DNA of 64,000 bases from assembly GCA_002633005.1 (NCBI GenBank), contig NMRA01000414.1, positions 62,001 through 126,000 on the forward strand. Reading direction: 5' to 3'. A program made the translations under genes and the position numbers. Under the pieces are notes generated by a model. That model searched no databases. It was given only the letters and a program-made list of their open reading frames with translations, and was not told where the DNA came from. The stretch comes from Phoronis australis (Eukaryota; Animalia; Phoronida). Shown piece by piece: positions 37,701 through 52,700 of this stretch; position 1 is the stretch's first letter; each line of letters starts with the position of its first letter.

Positions 37701-40700
37701 ATTGTTAATTAGTCAAATTTGCAGTGAATTTAGGGCTGCAAAAGACACCAACAGTGTGTTATTGCTTGAGTCGAGTCTCTATAACTTGACAGTTCTTTGC
37801 AAACCTAGAAACTGCTTTTAATCTGAGTAAGGAACAAGTTGAGAATAATTTTGTAGCGATAAGTGGTCTAAATTTAAAGTTCGCTTCTTTGGACGGAACC
37901 TGCAAGTTTGTAGCTGCCTTAAGGAAATTGTGGTTTACTAAACAGAGATGGAATATGGGTCGATGCTACTGCCCTCTTGCGGTTAAGTTAGCAACTTCAT
38001 TTTTTGTGCAGAATGTCAAAAGTATACTCGTAAAAGGCATTCTCTTATGCCTGTGTTCTGTCATGCCTTTTTCTGCGAACTAGAAGTATTTCCTTATGCC
38101 ACTAGGTTGCACTTGAGATAACCAATCACAGTTGCTGTGTGAATAGAATCTGTTTTAAATCTTTTTGAAGAATCTGCATAACATACGGTCTTCATTAGAT
38201 AGATAAATATGCACATAATATCAAAATTGTTTTGCTTTTGTCATTCCCTTGTAACCATCACACACTAGTTGTATGTGGAGCCTGTGTATTGATTTCCTCG
38301 TGTCTAAAGGTTCACGTGTCTTTTCAGTTACAATGGCGGCAACAGTAGCTGCGAGTTTGGCGACTTTAGTCCAATCCACTGCCTGACGGGCTGGCTACCT
38401 GAGACAATACCTCTGCAGTAAGTGCTTAGTCTTGTCCTTGACTCTGCCATAACACTACCCATTCAATGTTCATATGGCGTGTGTGCGTGTAGTATGAACA
38501 TCTCAGCTGTTGGGTTACTATGTAATTCTCTACTGTTGCTGGTGTATATTGTTAGTCATAAAATTTCAAATCGGCATAAACACCATGTATAGAATGGTTC
38601 TCTTCTGAAATAGAAATTCACTTGTTTGCCATACTATGTCCTGAAATTGATGGGAATTTTGCGGATTTGACCACCTTCACATCTTGCTTTATTTTGCTGA
38701 TGGGCTGTGTTCTATCTTAGATGAATGAACAATACAGTACACCCATATAGACTGCAGTGTAAAACACAAGTCTGAAACAAAAAACCAACTGATCATATGA
38801 GACCGGCGTTGTGTTCAATAAGGAAAGTGCTTTGAACCGCTTTCCGTGAGCACTTTGTATTGTTTATGAACAATCTGCTTTCCACCTTGGTTTTGTTGGC
38901 GATGCAGCTTGTGAAACGCTTGCCAAAAATGAGCACATGCTGTGTGAATGCTCTCTCATCGTTTCTGTCTCCCCCGTTTCATCTATCTCGTTATTTTCTT
39001 CTTTTTTGTCCTTGACTTGTCTATTAGCTTTTCTGTCTATTCTATTCGTCGTTCAGAATCCGATACTTTGAGATGTTGGAGCTGATTCAGAATATCCAGG
39101 ACGTCCAGCCTGTCCCATGTACAATCTCAACTGTGAACCCGTCTCATCCGCTGTACAGCACGAGCTCCAGAGAGCTACAACACCACCTGCTGAGCAATGC
39201 CAAAGGCAACAAAAACATCACATACATCGAAAAGTGTTGCCTTCCTCGCAGGCTCACTCGGTACTTTCCACCTTTAACCTCACTACACCTGCTGCTGTAT
39301 TTCAATATCTGTCGAATAGAAAAACTTTTGCCACTTCTCGCTTCTTTAATTATTGTCTTGACTTTTCCACTTCTCTGTGTAATTTAAGTTCTTGTGTTAA
39401 AGTTACTGTGCTCATACTAAAATTACATATAAAAACTTCCAGATATGGTCACGTGAATGAAATCTGGAATCTGCTGAAGCAAGTGGTTCCAGAGTTCAAG
39501 TTGCCGGAAGTTCCACCACCAGAGGCTGCTGGCGAGGTCCCAGAGACACCCGCTGAACCACAGAATGGGGTGAGTGTAACTGAGCAGATGGACAAGTGCA
39601 TTGTGGGAGATCATATCCCGTGTTGTCTGCCTTTCCTGTGATTGTGTCAAGTGTTTTTGATGAATTAAGTTTTATTGCTAATAGCAAAACTGTTTAAAAA
39701 TCTTACAGTCATAGTTGTGCATATATTAATTCTGTGTATTTGTAAATAAGAATGTGTTCAATTTCATAGTTATGTAGTTGACGTGTAAAGTACAAACACC
39801 ATAAGATGATCGAGTCGTTTTTCACGTAGGATCCAGATGATGTTCCCAGTATGAACATAAATTATGTTGTAAGTAAGGTAGATGTGTGGCCACGCGTTAA
39901 TACACATCGGCAGACGTAGACTACGTACACAGTTTCTTACAAACTTTTGTGAACAATTAGTTCTACACATCACTTTTTGGCACTCACTGCTCAAGAGTTC
40001 TTTCGCACAAATTAACCAGGTTTCACTTTTATCGCGACACCACTTAGATTTTGCACACGTTGGTATGATTATTATTATTATTATTATTATACTATTAGCA
40101 CAGATTAACACTGCTACGTTTTCTTGAACTTGTTCACAAAGTGTCCGCATGCTTTTCACAACTGTTACAGTGAGTGTTTTCACTAGCTTTTCCCTGTTTC
40201 TCCCACTGCTGTAGACAGAAAAGAAGAGTAATTCTAAGCGAGCAAATCGTAAAATGCTAAGCGCCACTGCCAGTGCTATGTTTTCAACAACACCTTTCGA
40301 GGCTCCCACCTCAAAATCTCAACTGAAAACCGCAAAGGTGACAACAGCCTTGTTAATTCCAGCTTAGGTTCATACTAACCATTATGCAACCCCCTCATGA
40401 TTTGTTCAGTTTAGTTCTTGTTGACGAGGAATTAAGGAAGGCAAACTCTGATCACGTGTATTATTAACACCAGATTAAACCCACGTTCCGTCAAGGAAGC
40501 ACACTTTTAATTAAGATCACTTGCCGCTATGAATTTGTTCTTTACTCCGATGAGAAGTGATTTCTGGGCTTACAAAGAGCTGTCAGTTTGTTTTTACTTA
40601 CGACGCTCTCAACACATGTGATAAGATGAGCTGCCATAACATGCCGTCTTATAGAGTATGGTCTTGAGCAATGACAGGCGTCTAGTTACTTCAAAGCTCT

Positions 40701-43700
40701 GGAATAACCTCTAATTTAACTAGGGAACAACTTGAAAAATTTTCATAGCCGTAAGTTATCAAAATTCAATGTTGTTTTTGTGATGGAAGACGAGTTTATA
40801 ACTGCTTTAAATTTATGTTGAAGTGTGTTAGGTGTATACCCATCGTATATAGTCTGTGCAAAGTTACATTGAGTGTACTTTTGGAGGCCGGAAAGTCTCC
40901 AACTTCAAACGAGTAAAAAAAGTTCTAGTCAGATTTCAAAACGTGTGAGCTCCACTCTGAAAATTGTAATGTGGAATACCAGACACGCTCACTTACTGTA
41001 ATTCAGAACTTGAAGTTACGTCCCCTGGCTGGTGTATTATGTTAATCATATCAATATAGGCTCGCCATTCAAGCATTATTTGCTCCTATGTGGTAGTGAC
41101 ATATCCATCCTTGTAAGCACACAATGGGACTTTTTGTTGCCTTTGTCTCACTTGTAAAACATTCACCATAATTGAAATTTGCTCTTAAACAAATTAAAGT
41201 TTGACTGCCTGTTTGTCAGAAACTACGCCTACTCAGTTACTCTTGTTACTGTGGTGTGTCATGTCACGCTTGTGCTTCTATCTGTGGTTGTGTTGTTACA
41301 TTATGCAAGAGAACGAATATGTTAATAATCAAGAGAAAGTCTGTGGTCTCCTTACTTAAAAGCAAGGCGAGCGACAAGGCACTTACGCAGGCTTACATAC
41401 GTGATTTCCCACCCTGAGACAGCAATTCCCAATCATGGACATTGAATATTTATCATTTGATGGTTTTTTCCTTCGCTTACTTAAAACGTTCGACAATACG
41501 CCGTGTTGAATGCGACTTCTGTGGCCCATCTCAAAGGCTGACAAATACTCGCACTTTACATGAAAATAATTTTGAAAATCAGTTATTCACTTAATGCTGA
41601 GGACCACAAACAGTCTCTAACCCCACGTATTTTCTCATGTCTAACAGTTTTGTTGTAATATAATGAAATGAAAGCTTTTCTAACTCCATGTTACCAATAT
41701 ACTTGCTTCTGCAAATCACATTTTTAACGTGAAAACAATTATAATAGGTCTCCGTCGTTGCACTCGGACATTCACTGACAATTTGATCACAGTTTGCAAT
41801 ATGATTAAAACCGATTGTAATTAAAGATGAGCTTTTGTTCGTAATAAATCTGGCTTAACTGAAATGCTTGCTCTCCAGACTGAACTAGTCTCATTTTTCC
41901 ATTTGCAGAGAGGATAATTATCCCTGTTCTGTTGCTAACCACAACCTTACTTTCTTGTTCTATAACCCCTCTGAATAAGCCTGAAAGTAGGAATTATCTC
42001 CCCTCCATTCACTGCAGGATGTCAAAGATGGAGATGGTAAGGAAGCTGCGGCGGCTCCCAAAGAGTCGAGAATCGACTTTGCTAAAAGCGACGGCAAGGA
42101 CGGCAAGAGCACGGCAGGGGGTGCCAAGGGCAAAGGCAAGGACGGAAAGGATGATAAGGGCAAGGACAAAGGCAAAGAAAAGGACAAAAACAGTGAGTAA
42201 AATTACCTACTCTATAGATTAAAAACACACCGTGCGAAAATTGTGACACGTGGGGAACGCAAAAATCGCCTTTGTCCCAAATTCCAGAATCAAGAAAATT
42301 CAACCTTTGCAGGTCGGAGTGTCCTTGTCCCAAATTCCTGAGACTGTCCCACGTTGTAGTATTTTTACTGCATTAACAACAGATATGAGTTGGGTGTGAG
42401 ACGTGTCAATTTTAATATAATTAACAGACACAGGTTATTGTTAGACACGTCATGTTCTGCAGGTGTGCATGCTGACTATTAATTTTTGTCTTTCAGAGGA
42501 GAAGTTGGCATCACCGGAGACGGAGCAAGTCGCTAGTAATCCTGAGATAGTAGTGTTTGCCAGTTACCAGGGTACACCCAAGTTACCTCTGCGCGTGTCA
42601 ATACTGGCTGAAATGGTAAGCAGCGCCATGCGCTCCAGTTGTATTCAACAATGGTATCTCCAAATATTTCAATTGTTAGTTTGAGTGAGTAGCTGAAAAT
42701 ACTTTCAGCAGTTGTGGCTGACTTTTTGGGTGTGAAAAGGGTGACTGTTAAACCCCGTTTCAGTGTTTTCACACAAAACACTTTTTCTGTCCTCAACTAC
42801 TGCGCAGTGATCACCTCTCTTGAGCGATAAAAGAATTACCTTGCTATCCCATTTCCGCTCTTTGTCGCAAACTTAATCCTGTGGTATGGAGTGCACGACC
42901 ATTCCCCTTTTCCCTGGCCCCCTCCCACCCCTAACCATCATTACAATCTTCTCTCATTCAACATTACTCGTCAACCTTAATAAGTCAAGCACAAGCAAGT
43001 ATTTCAGCCTGTGGCTGCATAACTATGTACCTTTAATTAACTTCATTGTCTTGTTTACTTGTCTGAAGCTTTTTCATGCTTGTCAATTTTGAAGATTTTG
43101 TCAGGAATTTTGAAGCTTGCTCCAAACTTTTGGGGGTTGACAAAGGTAACAGAGTATTATTTTCTTTCACAGATCTAATTGATCTGGTCGGAGTTGTAGG
43201 AGTTGACTATGCAATTTAGATTTATTTATTTTACTGTTTTTATTTTTTTTAGTTAGTAATTCGTATGTTGTTTATTGTTTGTCCTTCCTGACAGGCTGAT
43301 GCCAGTGAACGCCTTCGCCAAGCAGGCCTATCCCATCTGTTTCCCCACCCAGTGTGGATGACGCAGACAAGGTCATGCCCCCTGGAGCCGCCACCTCCCC
43401 CAGAAAAAATACCCGCGTGGAAACTCATCAGGCCTAAAAAGAAGAAGCAAATTCCTTCAGGCGAACCTAGAGGTAGGTTAAGTTTTAATCAGTTGGTCCA
43501 TGGCAAGGAACAGTGACATAATATTTTAGAAATTGCTTTATACTGTCCCACTATGTTGGTGGTTAATGATGTGTGCGACTTGCTGTCTACAACTTTGTTG
43601 ATTGATTTGGTGTTTTTCTGGCTCCTGGAAAACAAACCTCGTGTAATCTTCATGTGGACAAAAAGTCTTTTTGGGGGGAAACACTTAAACCGGAATGCTG

Positions 43701-46700
43701 TAACATATATCTGTTGATCCTATTTTAGTAAAAAAGAACAAGTTAGTATACACAAAAAGTTTGATGAGAAATTCAAATTTCCAAATGTTTGTAAACCTTG
43801 TTAACTTTTATCCTGAAGGAAATGTGGTATGTGTTGATTATTCCTAAATACGGTACACGTACACTGTATTGTTTATTGCGTCGTGTGACTTGTAAATATT
43901 CATGCTAGAGTGAAATGAAGTTATAGGAAAGAAAAATGAGAGTGTACTCTATTTCATTTTGTCATGCGTTGTGCTATAAGTACAAAATGCTAATGTACCT
44001 CGGCAGAAAAGTAGAGATTTTTATTCTGAACAGCCAATTAGCTTTTTAATTTTACGATGCGCTCCGAATGGAGGTCATTAGGTGCTTCTGTAGCTAGTTC
44101 TTGAGCATCGAATTTGATTTGTTTTGTTTTAAGTCATGTTGACCTAGTCACTGTACCAGGCTTTGGGAACTATTTTCAGTATCCACATAAGCAGTTTCAG
44201 AATTGTTTCAACTTGCTCAATTAGAAGCCGATAATTAATGCTTTTTCACATTTTTTCACCTTGACTCCAACTGTTTTATCATCTTGTAAGTACCGACAAA
44301 GTTAATATAGCTGTAGACTTAGCGCATGATTGTACATTTTTAGTTTAAAGTATAATTTTGCTTATCTTTCGTAAAATTTTAATCTGCTATCTTTCCATTT
44401 AATACACAAACCAACTTACCAAGCACCATTTCAGCGTAGTAATGAAATGCACTTCATAAGTTTTTGCACTCAACTTTTAGACTAGATAATGGCGCACCTG
44501 ACATGATATCTGATATTTGTTCCATTGCATGTACACTCGTCTTACAGTGGTTATTGTCAGCCTAAAACGTAAATGCTTCCAGCTTGCTTGTTATTGCACA
44601 ATTCGTTAAGACAAAAGTGGTGTTACGAGACAATACAAAATTTGTCCATGCTCTGTAACTGGCTAATTTGTTACTGCCATCTATTGTTTTGCAGCTGAAC
44701 CAGACCCTCCCAAGCCTATCCAGTGTGTGGAGATAACATCACCGTTTGTCAACTACAAAGTGTCACCTATACCAATACCCACAGACATGTATGTAGTATA
44801 ACTGTCCAACACTTTGTCATTATTATGGATTTGTTGTTTTCAGTGAGTGTTGACTGTTTTCAGTTTGATCAGCTCTGTTTGATTTTTGAACAATAGGACA
44901 CATAAGTAATGGTATCAGTTACATAATGTGTGTGTGTTCTTATTGCAAGTTTTTAAGTGATTAGATCAGGCAATTTCTCAACAATTTCAATTTGTTGTAA
45001 CATTTTTTTGTTCTAAGAAGTTTCAGTTATTCTATTCTTGGTATTAGACTTTGAAAAGTAGTTCAATCTCACGGTTTTGCTTCTCATTCGAATTTGTTGT
45101 AAACCCAAAGTGATCCAGATCACTGTCAGTCGTTGGAATGCTACTTTATGTGATATCAACTAGCCAATACAGGATTTTGTGACTCTCTACAATTTTTGAA
45201 GGAACTATCTACTGATTTGGTAATTTCAATCTGTAGTTGCGACATAACTAAATGTCAGATTCCATGTCCATGTAGACACCGTCCAAAGTCGTCCTTGGAG
45301 CGGGGTAGCACCCACAGTCGACCTGCCACCGCCGCCAACATTGAAGTGGTTGAAGAGACCGATGAGAATGCCCCTGAACCAGAGGTCACAGAAGAGGCCA
45401 AGCCCAGCACACCGCCACCTGCAGAGCCAGTCAAGGAGGAGGAGAGTCTAAAGGTGGAGGTAAGGGGTGGACAGGGTGGTAGTTGTGCATGCCATCTTTG
45501 GGTGTTGGAGTGCCGTCACGCCACTTTTGATTGATTTAAATGCTAAGTGTCCAAGCTAATGCACAAATCTCTCAGAAACATACAATGAGTTTTAGTTTCA
45601 TTCTTCAGCGGTGAATCTTTGAATCGCGTTAATCGAGTTGAATAGCTACAGTTCTTTGGCTTCTTACAAGATGCCATAAGATTTTCTGTCATAGCAAACA
45701 TTTCTTTATCTTAAATCATTTTTGGCAGCCAATGTATTCAATAGACTGTTTAAAAATTAATGTACATGTGGCGCATTTGGTACAAAATCAGGGGGCTTAC
45801 TTTTTGAGTGTTTGCTGTGGGCCATGGCTTGATGTGCCACTCATTACACTGTAAACATTTCACTTAATACATACCAGTTCAGTCAATGACTAAAGTTCCT
45901 TTATGTGATGAATAAAACCTTCAGTTGCTACCAACTGACTTCAAAATGTGTGTTGTTGTCAGGAGCTTAAGGCAGCCAAACCGGGAACTCCTCAGAAGGA
46001 CGGCAAGAAGAAAGGTTCTGCTGCCTCGTCCAAGAAGGAGAAGGACAAAGAAGAAACTCAGCCTCCCGCCAAAGTTGACAAGAAGTCTGCCAAGAATGAG
46101 AAGGATAAACTAGATGTAAAGTCAGCGGACCGTAAAAAGAGCATGACAGGGAAGGACAGAGCGGATTCCGTGAAGACCGTGTCTAAACCAGACATCAAAG
46201 ACAAGTGTAAGTACTGTTTTATGATGAGACCATTTTGGGTACTTTTAAAGGCTCCAAAGCTGTAGAGTTGCTCACGTTTCAATGTTTAGAAAACTATTGA
46301 GTTCTATTTGATGCGTTATAGCTCAAATGGTTTTACTACGAAAACCTTGTTTCTGTATTAATTGAAGATTGTAATTTCTGTTCATTAGCGGTAGCTGGTA
46401 AGGAAAGTGCTGTTGATGTTCCAACCATGGCGAACAGTGAAGAGGAGCTGGGCGAGGAAGAGCAGACGCCAGAAGAACAGGTGGAGATAACTCCTGCTAA
46501 ACCTGTCAATCTGTGGATGGACTGGGACATTTTCTGCAAATGTTTCAAGTGAGTAGGATTGGTTGCTGGACTGTGAACGTAGTGTGCAGACGTTTTCAAA
46601 ATGTAAACCAAATCTATTCTTGTCAAAAACTGGACAAATGTTTTTTTTATTATTGATTTAGTGCTATTTGTTCTGATTTCCTTACATGTATTTGATATCA

Positions 46701-49700
46701 GTTTGGCACAGCGCCTTCACTGAACATATTTCAACAAATTCTCTTTTTAGTTTACTACTACTACTGTACTTAAGCTAGATTAAAATTATTCTTTTACAAA
46801 AATTTTTTGGTTGAGATAGAGAGATAGATGTTTTTGGTACCAATAAATGTTGTCAAGCCCAAGAAACTGCTCGTTTACGTAGACCATGCATGATACAATA
46901 TTCATTGTCTCCTTCAGGAAGACTTATGATAGAAATTTCATGTTTCAAAAACTTGGCTTATGGACTCTCTATTTTTCACATTATATTATGGACAGTTAAT
47001 CGTGAAAGTGCCTTTTAGGGTTGTCAGAATAATAAGTTGGAGTTGATTACAACCTGTTACTTTTTGCTATTACATGCAATAATCAAATTTTGCTAACAAA
47101 TTTTTGGTATTCTTTGCAGTACGCTCATCATATACCACAAACCCAACACTTACCCAAACAGAACCCCACAGTCAGACCTTAAGGTGAGTGTTTACTATGC
47201 AAGTTGTTTGGGCCTCTCTGCATACCCTTCAGCTTCAGCTTTTGTGAATGTCTTGGGGAAAAGGACAAGCAATAGTTGAAAACACGACAGCATTTCTACC
47301 TATCTAAAGGAAAAACTTGGTGACTGACTTGAAACCATGATGAATCTCCAATTTACTTCCACTATTCTTTGTGGGACTAGTCCCTGGCCATTAATCTCTA
47401 GTACCTACTTGATCAAATAGCATGAGCTCAGTCTTAGCTCAGAGTGTCATAGGTAAGTTATTATGAAAATGACTGCAAATGAAAATTGCAACTGATTGTA
47501 AACTTGAACCTTGGTATGATAAATTTTTAATGAACATCTTCGTAAAGCAGTTTCACGAACTGTTTACCTGATACCACCATCTTAGCTACGACTGGGCGGG
47601 CAGACGACCATTGACAAGGTGAAGTGTCATCAAGTGATCGTAAGGAAAGTCGTACAGAGATCCGTAACTTTTTCACTAGGTTACACAGCTAGGATTTTCT
47701 ATGTTTCCGAAAATGTTTTTCTTATGACTGTGGTAACACTTGCTGTCAGACGGTCGTCTGTGTGGTGTTAATATGCTACTCTGTTTCCCTCAAGGCATGG
47801 GAGAGATTCATGGCACAGGTGGGTAGTTGGCGTGTGCTTGACTCATTAATGTTCTCATCTGTTGATTGCCAACTGCTTGCGTGAATAAATTATTCGACTA
47901 TGCCCGTGTGTATTTGCATGCACATTACTTTTAAATGTCAGTGAAGCATTGACACTATGTAATATGTCTCCGAAGTTACTAATATCACATGGCATTAGAC
48001 ATCCCATATTTGTGACCTGTTCAAGTTGAAAGTTCACGTCAGCATTTCACGACACTCTGGCACTTGTAGTTATCATGTCAATGACACTTCGCACATTTTC
48101 GGAATATTAAAAAACAGCTTGATAACCGCTGTCATTTCTTGAGTGCCAAATTTAAATTTTAGGCTTTGACTTATTTTAACTTGAGTTGCAAGTTATGCTT
48201 GTGAATAAAATGGTTAAATAAATGTTGTTTTTTTGAATAAGTGAGTTGGTATTTGACTTTGAGCTGGTCATTCATTTTTGTGTTATATTTTTCAAACTGC
48301 AATCTCTAGCGATGCGTAGAGGCAGACGTATTTTTTTTGAAAATTCATGTCGCATCACTTATTAACTCTTGTTAACCCTTGTATGCTGTATTGCCATTAG
48401 GCTTTTAAGTTTGCCAGGGGTGATGATCTGTGTTCTTAATTTTAACAGCTTTACTGAGTCTTTTTTCTTTGTTGACAATATGATTTGTGTGCTCAAATGT
48501 TTATGTGATTTCCCAAGTATTTACTCGGGCTATTTGACAGCTCACCTAGATTTCTTAGCAAGACATATCATCCTCAGGTGTTATGTCATGTAGACGTTGA
48601 AATATCAAAAGACCTGAATACCACCAAATATTCCTTTTGAAACCAGCATGTCTTGTTTTTGATTGTCTGGCAAATTCCACTTTCAAAACTGAGTTACGTA
48701 AAGTTAACATCTGGACTATCACTGACTTTGATATTGTTAATAGGATTTTGTGAAGTATATTGTACTTTGAGTCACAGTGACTAAATTCTAATCTAAGCAA
48801 AAGATGGCACCAACAGTCCATGTTTGTTTTGTTGCAGAATGTTGTCTCATCCAGCAAAGGGGACAAGAAGTCTGCTGCCAGTGGAGCTATGTCAGTGATG
48901 TACAGTGACCAGGCCCCGCACTACCTCTGTATCCTTTTTCACGTGTTTCATGTCGCTGAAGATTCTGAGTGAGTGGTTAGCTCTAAAGAGGTGTCAGGGA
49001 CTGAAGATTCTCAGTGGGTGGTTAGCTCTAAAGAGGTGGTCAGGGATGCTGTTAGGGTAAAGTGAAGCTGGACCATGCACAACTCTTTCATGTGGCTTGG
49101 GAATCAGAATGGGCATGCAGTTTTGATGCAAAGTTAGCAATCGGTGGTGTTCTCGCAGTAGAATAGAGCTGCAGCATATGAGACTTGTCTAAAAACTGAC
49201 AATGCGCGTGAATTTAACAATTGTTGGTTGTTGTCTATCATTACCCTAAAGATTATCACACACAATTTACTCTGAAAGTAAACATCTTTAGGAAACCGGA
49301 GGTGAACGGAAGCCCTATTCGTGCGTGCCACTGGACTTTTAAAATCGATGCCATTTAAAGAATTCTTTCCAGACACTGTGTTTTGTGTCAGCACTTCTCA
49401 TGTATTTACCTTAACTCCTATCTAGTCGTTGACAATTTGAAGCCAACTGAGATCGTCGTGTCATTCAGTTCGTTTTCTCGCTGGTTTGACCCGCCGCCTA
49501 TACCATCCAATCCTAAAGAGTCGCACACTAGTGTGAAGAGCAAAGATAAGGAGGATGTCTCGTTGAGCAATGTTAGCCAAAATGAGGGTAAGACTATGAC
49601 CTTTGTGGCAGAGTAAAGTAAAGCACTGACGTTTTTGTCTTCCTGAAACCACTATGAGGTCGTGATGCCGTAACATCAATTTTAAAGGCTCATTCAACAT

Positions 49701-52700
49701 CTAGCTTATTTATTTTGGTGCGAAGTTTCGGTCGGCCATTTCTCCGGCCATCTTCAGTTATTACAGCATTTTTAGGAGAATTGACTTGGTGGTGTAGTGG
49801 TACTGGACTGATAATCAAAAGTTCACAGGTTCAACCCCAGCTTCCGCTAAGAAAATACAAAAACTTGCTCGTCATTGACTACCGTGAGTGTAGCATACAC
49901 CCATGCTTTTTCTTCTAAGAATGATGTAACACCTGATGGTGGCTGATGAAACGACCGACCTAAAATTTGCTTGTACTTTGTTTGAAACTGATGGTTAATA
50001 TCAGATTAAGTATGTATACCTGTGAGTAGTGCTACCTTTTACAGCAAAACGCTAATCAGATTATCATCATACAGCACAACATGAAAGCCTTGCTTGATCA
50101 GTACACTTTACATTCCAGCTTTGTCTCCCACACGAGAACCTCCGCCTCCCCCAGTACAGTCAGGCCTCCTGGTGGCCGAGCCATACTCGTGGAAGAGTCT
50201 CATCACAGGACAGCCGATACTTCGGTTACGGTCAACGGCCACCAGAGCGGCAGTGCTGAGCCTACCTGAGGGGTGAGTCATTCTTGGCTTATGTTAGCTG
50301 ATCTTTAAGTTTCACGTGTGTCCAACTTGTAATGTTGTATAGTGATTTAGAATTTAAAAATGCCTGGCACCACTGTCTGCTGTTCATTCGGCTCATTGTA
50401 GTCTGTTTCTTCGTAATTAAATTTGACAAAATAAAAGTTGAAGCATGGCTCTTGTTTTTCTTTGTCAGAAAGATTGTGTTTAGTTAGTAGAAACGAGCAG
50501 ACTTTCATTGCTTGGAAGATGTGTGTGTTTATGTTAAGCACATAATAAACAAATTGAATTTGCATAAGAAAATAATACACTGTTTTCAGACGACATGTTC
50601 TGCGCTTTACTATGACTGCACCCTATGGCTACCATGTCCTGCTGTGCTCTACGGTCCCGTTTGTGTTTGGCATGGAAGAAGAGGTCATGAGTCACCTGAC
50701 CAAGGTAAACGGCACTTAGTGACGTACTCATTATTTTTATTGCATGTTGCCTGAGCATTGTGACAAATGAAGAACTTTTTTCTTATTCTGTCAATAGTGG
50801 TAGCCAGTTTTAAAATAGCGTAATAGTGTTGAGTTCCTGTTTCCTAGAAACCCATTCGTGTTTTCCGTTAAGGATGTCCTCAAATATGACTAAGGAAGCA
50901 GTGTTTCCGGGGGACTCAAGGTCACTTGAATAATACTGTACATGGCAAAAGTATTCAGAAAAAATGCATTTCCCTATCATGAGTGGGGTCATTCTAACTA
51001 CCCTGATGGTGACTTCTGCATGCACTCGGCCATCATGGCGCTCAGCTGTCATGACGGGAATTCGGGATGTCTGATTATTTTTAGCATGTCTTGTGCGAAC
51101 TAAGGCCATTTTGTGTTCAAAAGGGTTAAAATAATAGATGCACAGTTAATTTAGAAATCCGTACCGATAAATAATAATTCATAAAGAACAATTACCTTCA
51201 TAACCCAAAATTTTCAGTTACTAATTGGCCAGAGTTACTTTTGTCAGATCACGTGGAGACTGAATACTTCTTTTCTTTCACAGGAGAGCTGCCGGTTTGT
51301 GGACAACGCTACCCAAGTCATCCGCAAGATCGGAGACTGCATCAAGAACTTCAGTGACACGGCTCTATTCAAACAGTCATTTGAGGATCTCACAAACTGT
51401 CACTGTCCTTACCGTAGTGACAAACTTATGTCCAAGGTGTACCACTTTAAGGTAAGTTCTGGTGGAGGTTTTTGGTTTAGAAGGATTGGTTTTCTGACTA
51501 TTAGTTTGGCTTTCAGCATGTTTTACGTCTTGGAAGGTACCTGAGTGTAAGTCGATAGTGAGAGAAGGGTCTGAAAACAGGCTTTTGACAATAGGGACTG
51601 GATCACTCATCTGAGTCCAGTTTGTTGTTTTGGCCATTGCGTCAGTGTTTGCAAAACTAGGGCGATATTAGTAGTAATCTCCCCTTATCCAGCCATTCCA
51701 GGTGTTTCCGTGTCTCACCTAAAAAAATATGAGTACAGCCCTGGAAGTCGCTTTTGCATTATATTCAGGTTCTCATTCAATCCCTTGCATAAAATTTCAC
51801 TAAGACCAAGGTCAGAGGAGTAGGAGACACCCTTTTGCAATGTTGGAATGTCAGCCAGTGAAGCCAGGATTCAAACGCAGGTCTCCCAAATGGGAGTCCG
51901 GAGCTCAAACCACTGAGCCACATTGTGTTCAATTTTTACCTGTTCTCTTCCAGTTGTTCAATGACTCCCTCTATCATACGCTGAGGAAGGCTCTTGTGGG
52001 TGAACTGGCCACAGCTGAGATGGCTTTTGCCTGGCGCGCCCTCAACTTTGACGTGACCACACCCAACATACTGGCTCTTCAGACTGGCAGTAGACCGGGT
52101 ACATGTACGTTGGTGGAAGTGTTCAGTTGTGTTCACATTCTTTATTAAGCTGCACTGTCGCATTCGCTTTACTACATGGCCTCAAGTAATGACTTGCAAC
52201 AGTAACTATGGTAGTCACATGGGGACATCTGAAACTTTGAAGGGGCATTGGTAGCAAAATTTTATTTAAAATTTGAAGATAAGAAAAATAGCTGACTATT
52301 TGCTGCAACTGCCAGAATTCTTTCTATCAAACTCTTGTCTGCATTATTTGTAAGTCTGCGTGTTTGCCTGTGTCATTTTGCCTGTGCTTAATGTCCCACT
52401 GTTTGTCTTGTTTGACGTGTGTGTATTTGAATCCAATGTTTCTCCATATTATGTAATCTTGCACAATTTTAGATAATCTACATAATGGAGGTATATGACC
52501 GTGTGGACCCCTTCCCTCCCCCTTCAGTTTTCCCTGCACGAAGTGGCACCCTCTTTAATGATACCATTACCACCTTCCAGAGTCCTAAACATGTTTTCTA
52601 AGTAACTTGTTTGTTGAGAATGCAAGAACTGATTACCAAATGGGTTACGTCTTAGGTGAATAATTTCAAATCCTGATTTTCCTTATTCAATTTAGATAGT

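Noticed and set aside
37351-38083. Twin 64-aa ORFs as duplicated small genes
   Set aside because: By-product of the 538-bp intronic duplication; TTG starts and no motifs.
39770-40309. 179-aa minus-strand ORF with poly-Ile
   Set aside because: Poly-Ile comes from an (ATT)n microsatellite near 40068-40091; no domain signal.
49785-49845. tRNA gene
   Set aside because: A/B-box-like motifs only, with no complete cloverleaf; more likely a decayed SINE head, as at 35836 and 51921.
48372-51129. piggyBac-like element from TTAACCCT...AGGGTTAA ends
   Set aside because: The interval contains four conserved ADGB exons, so these ends cannot bound one insertion.
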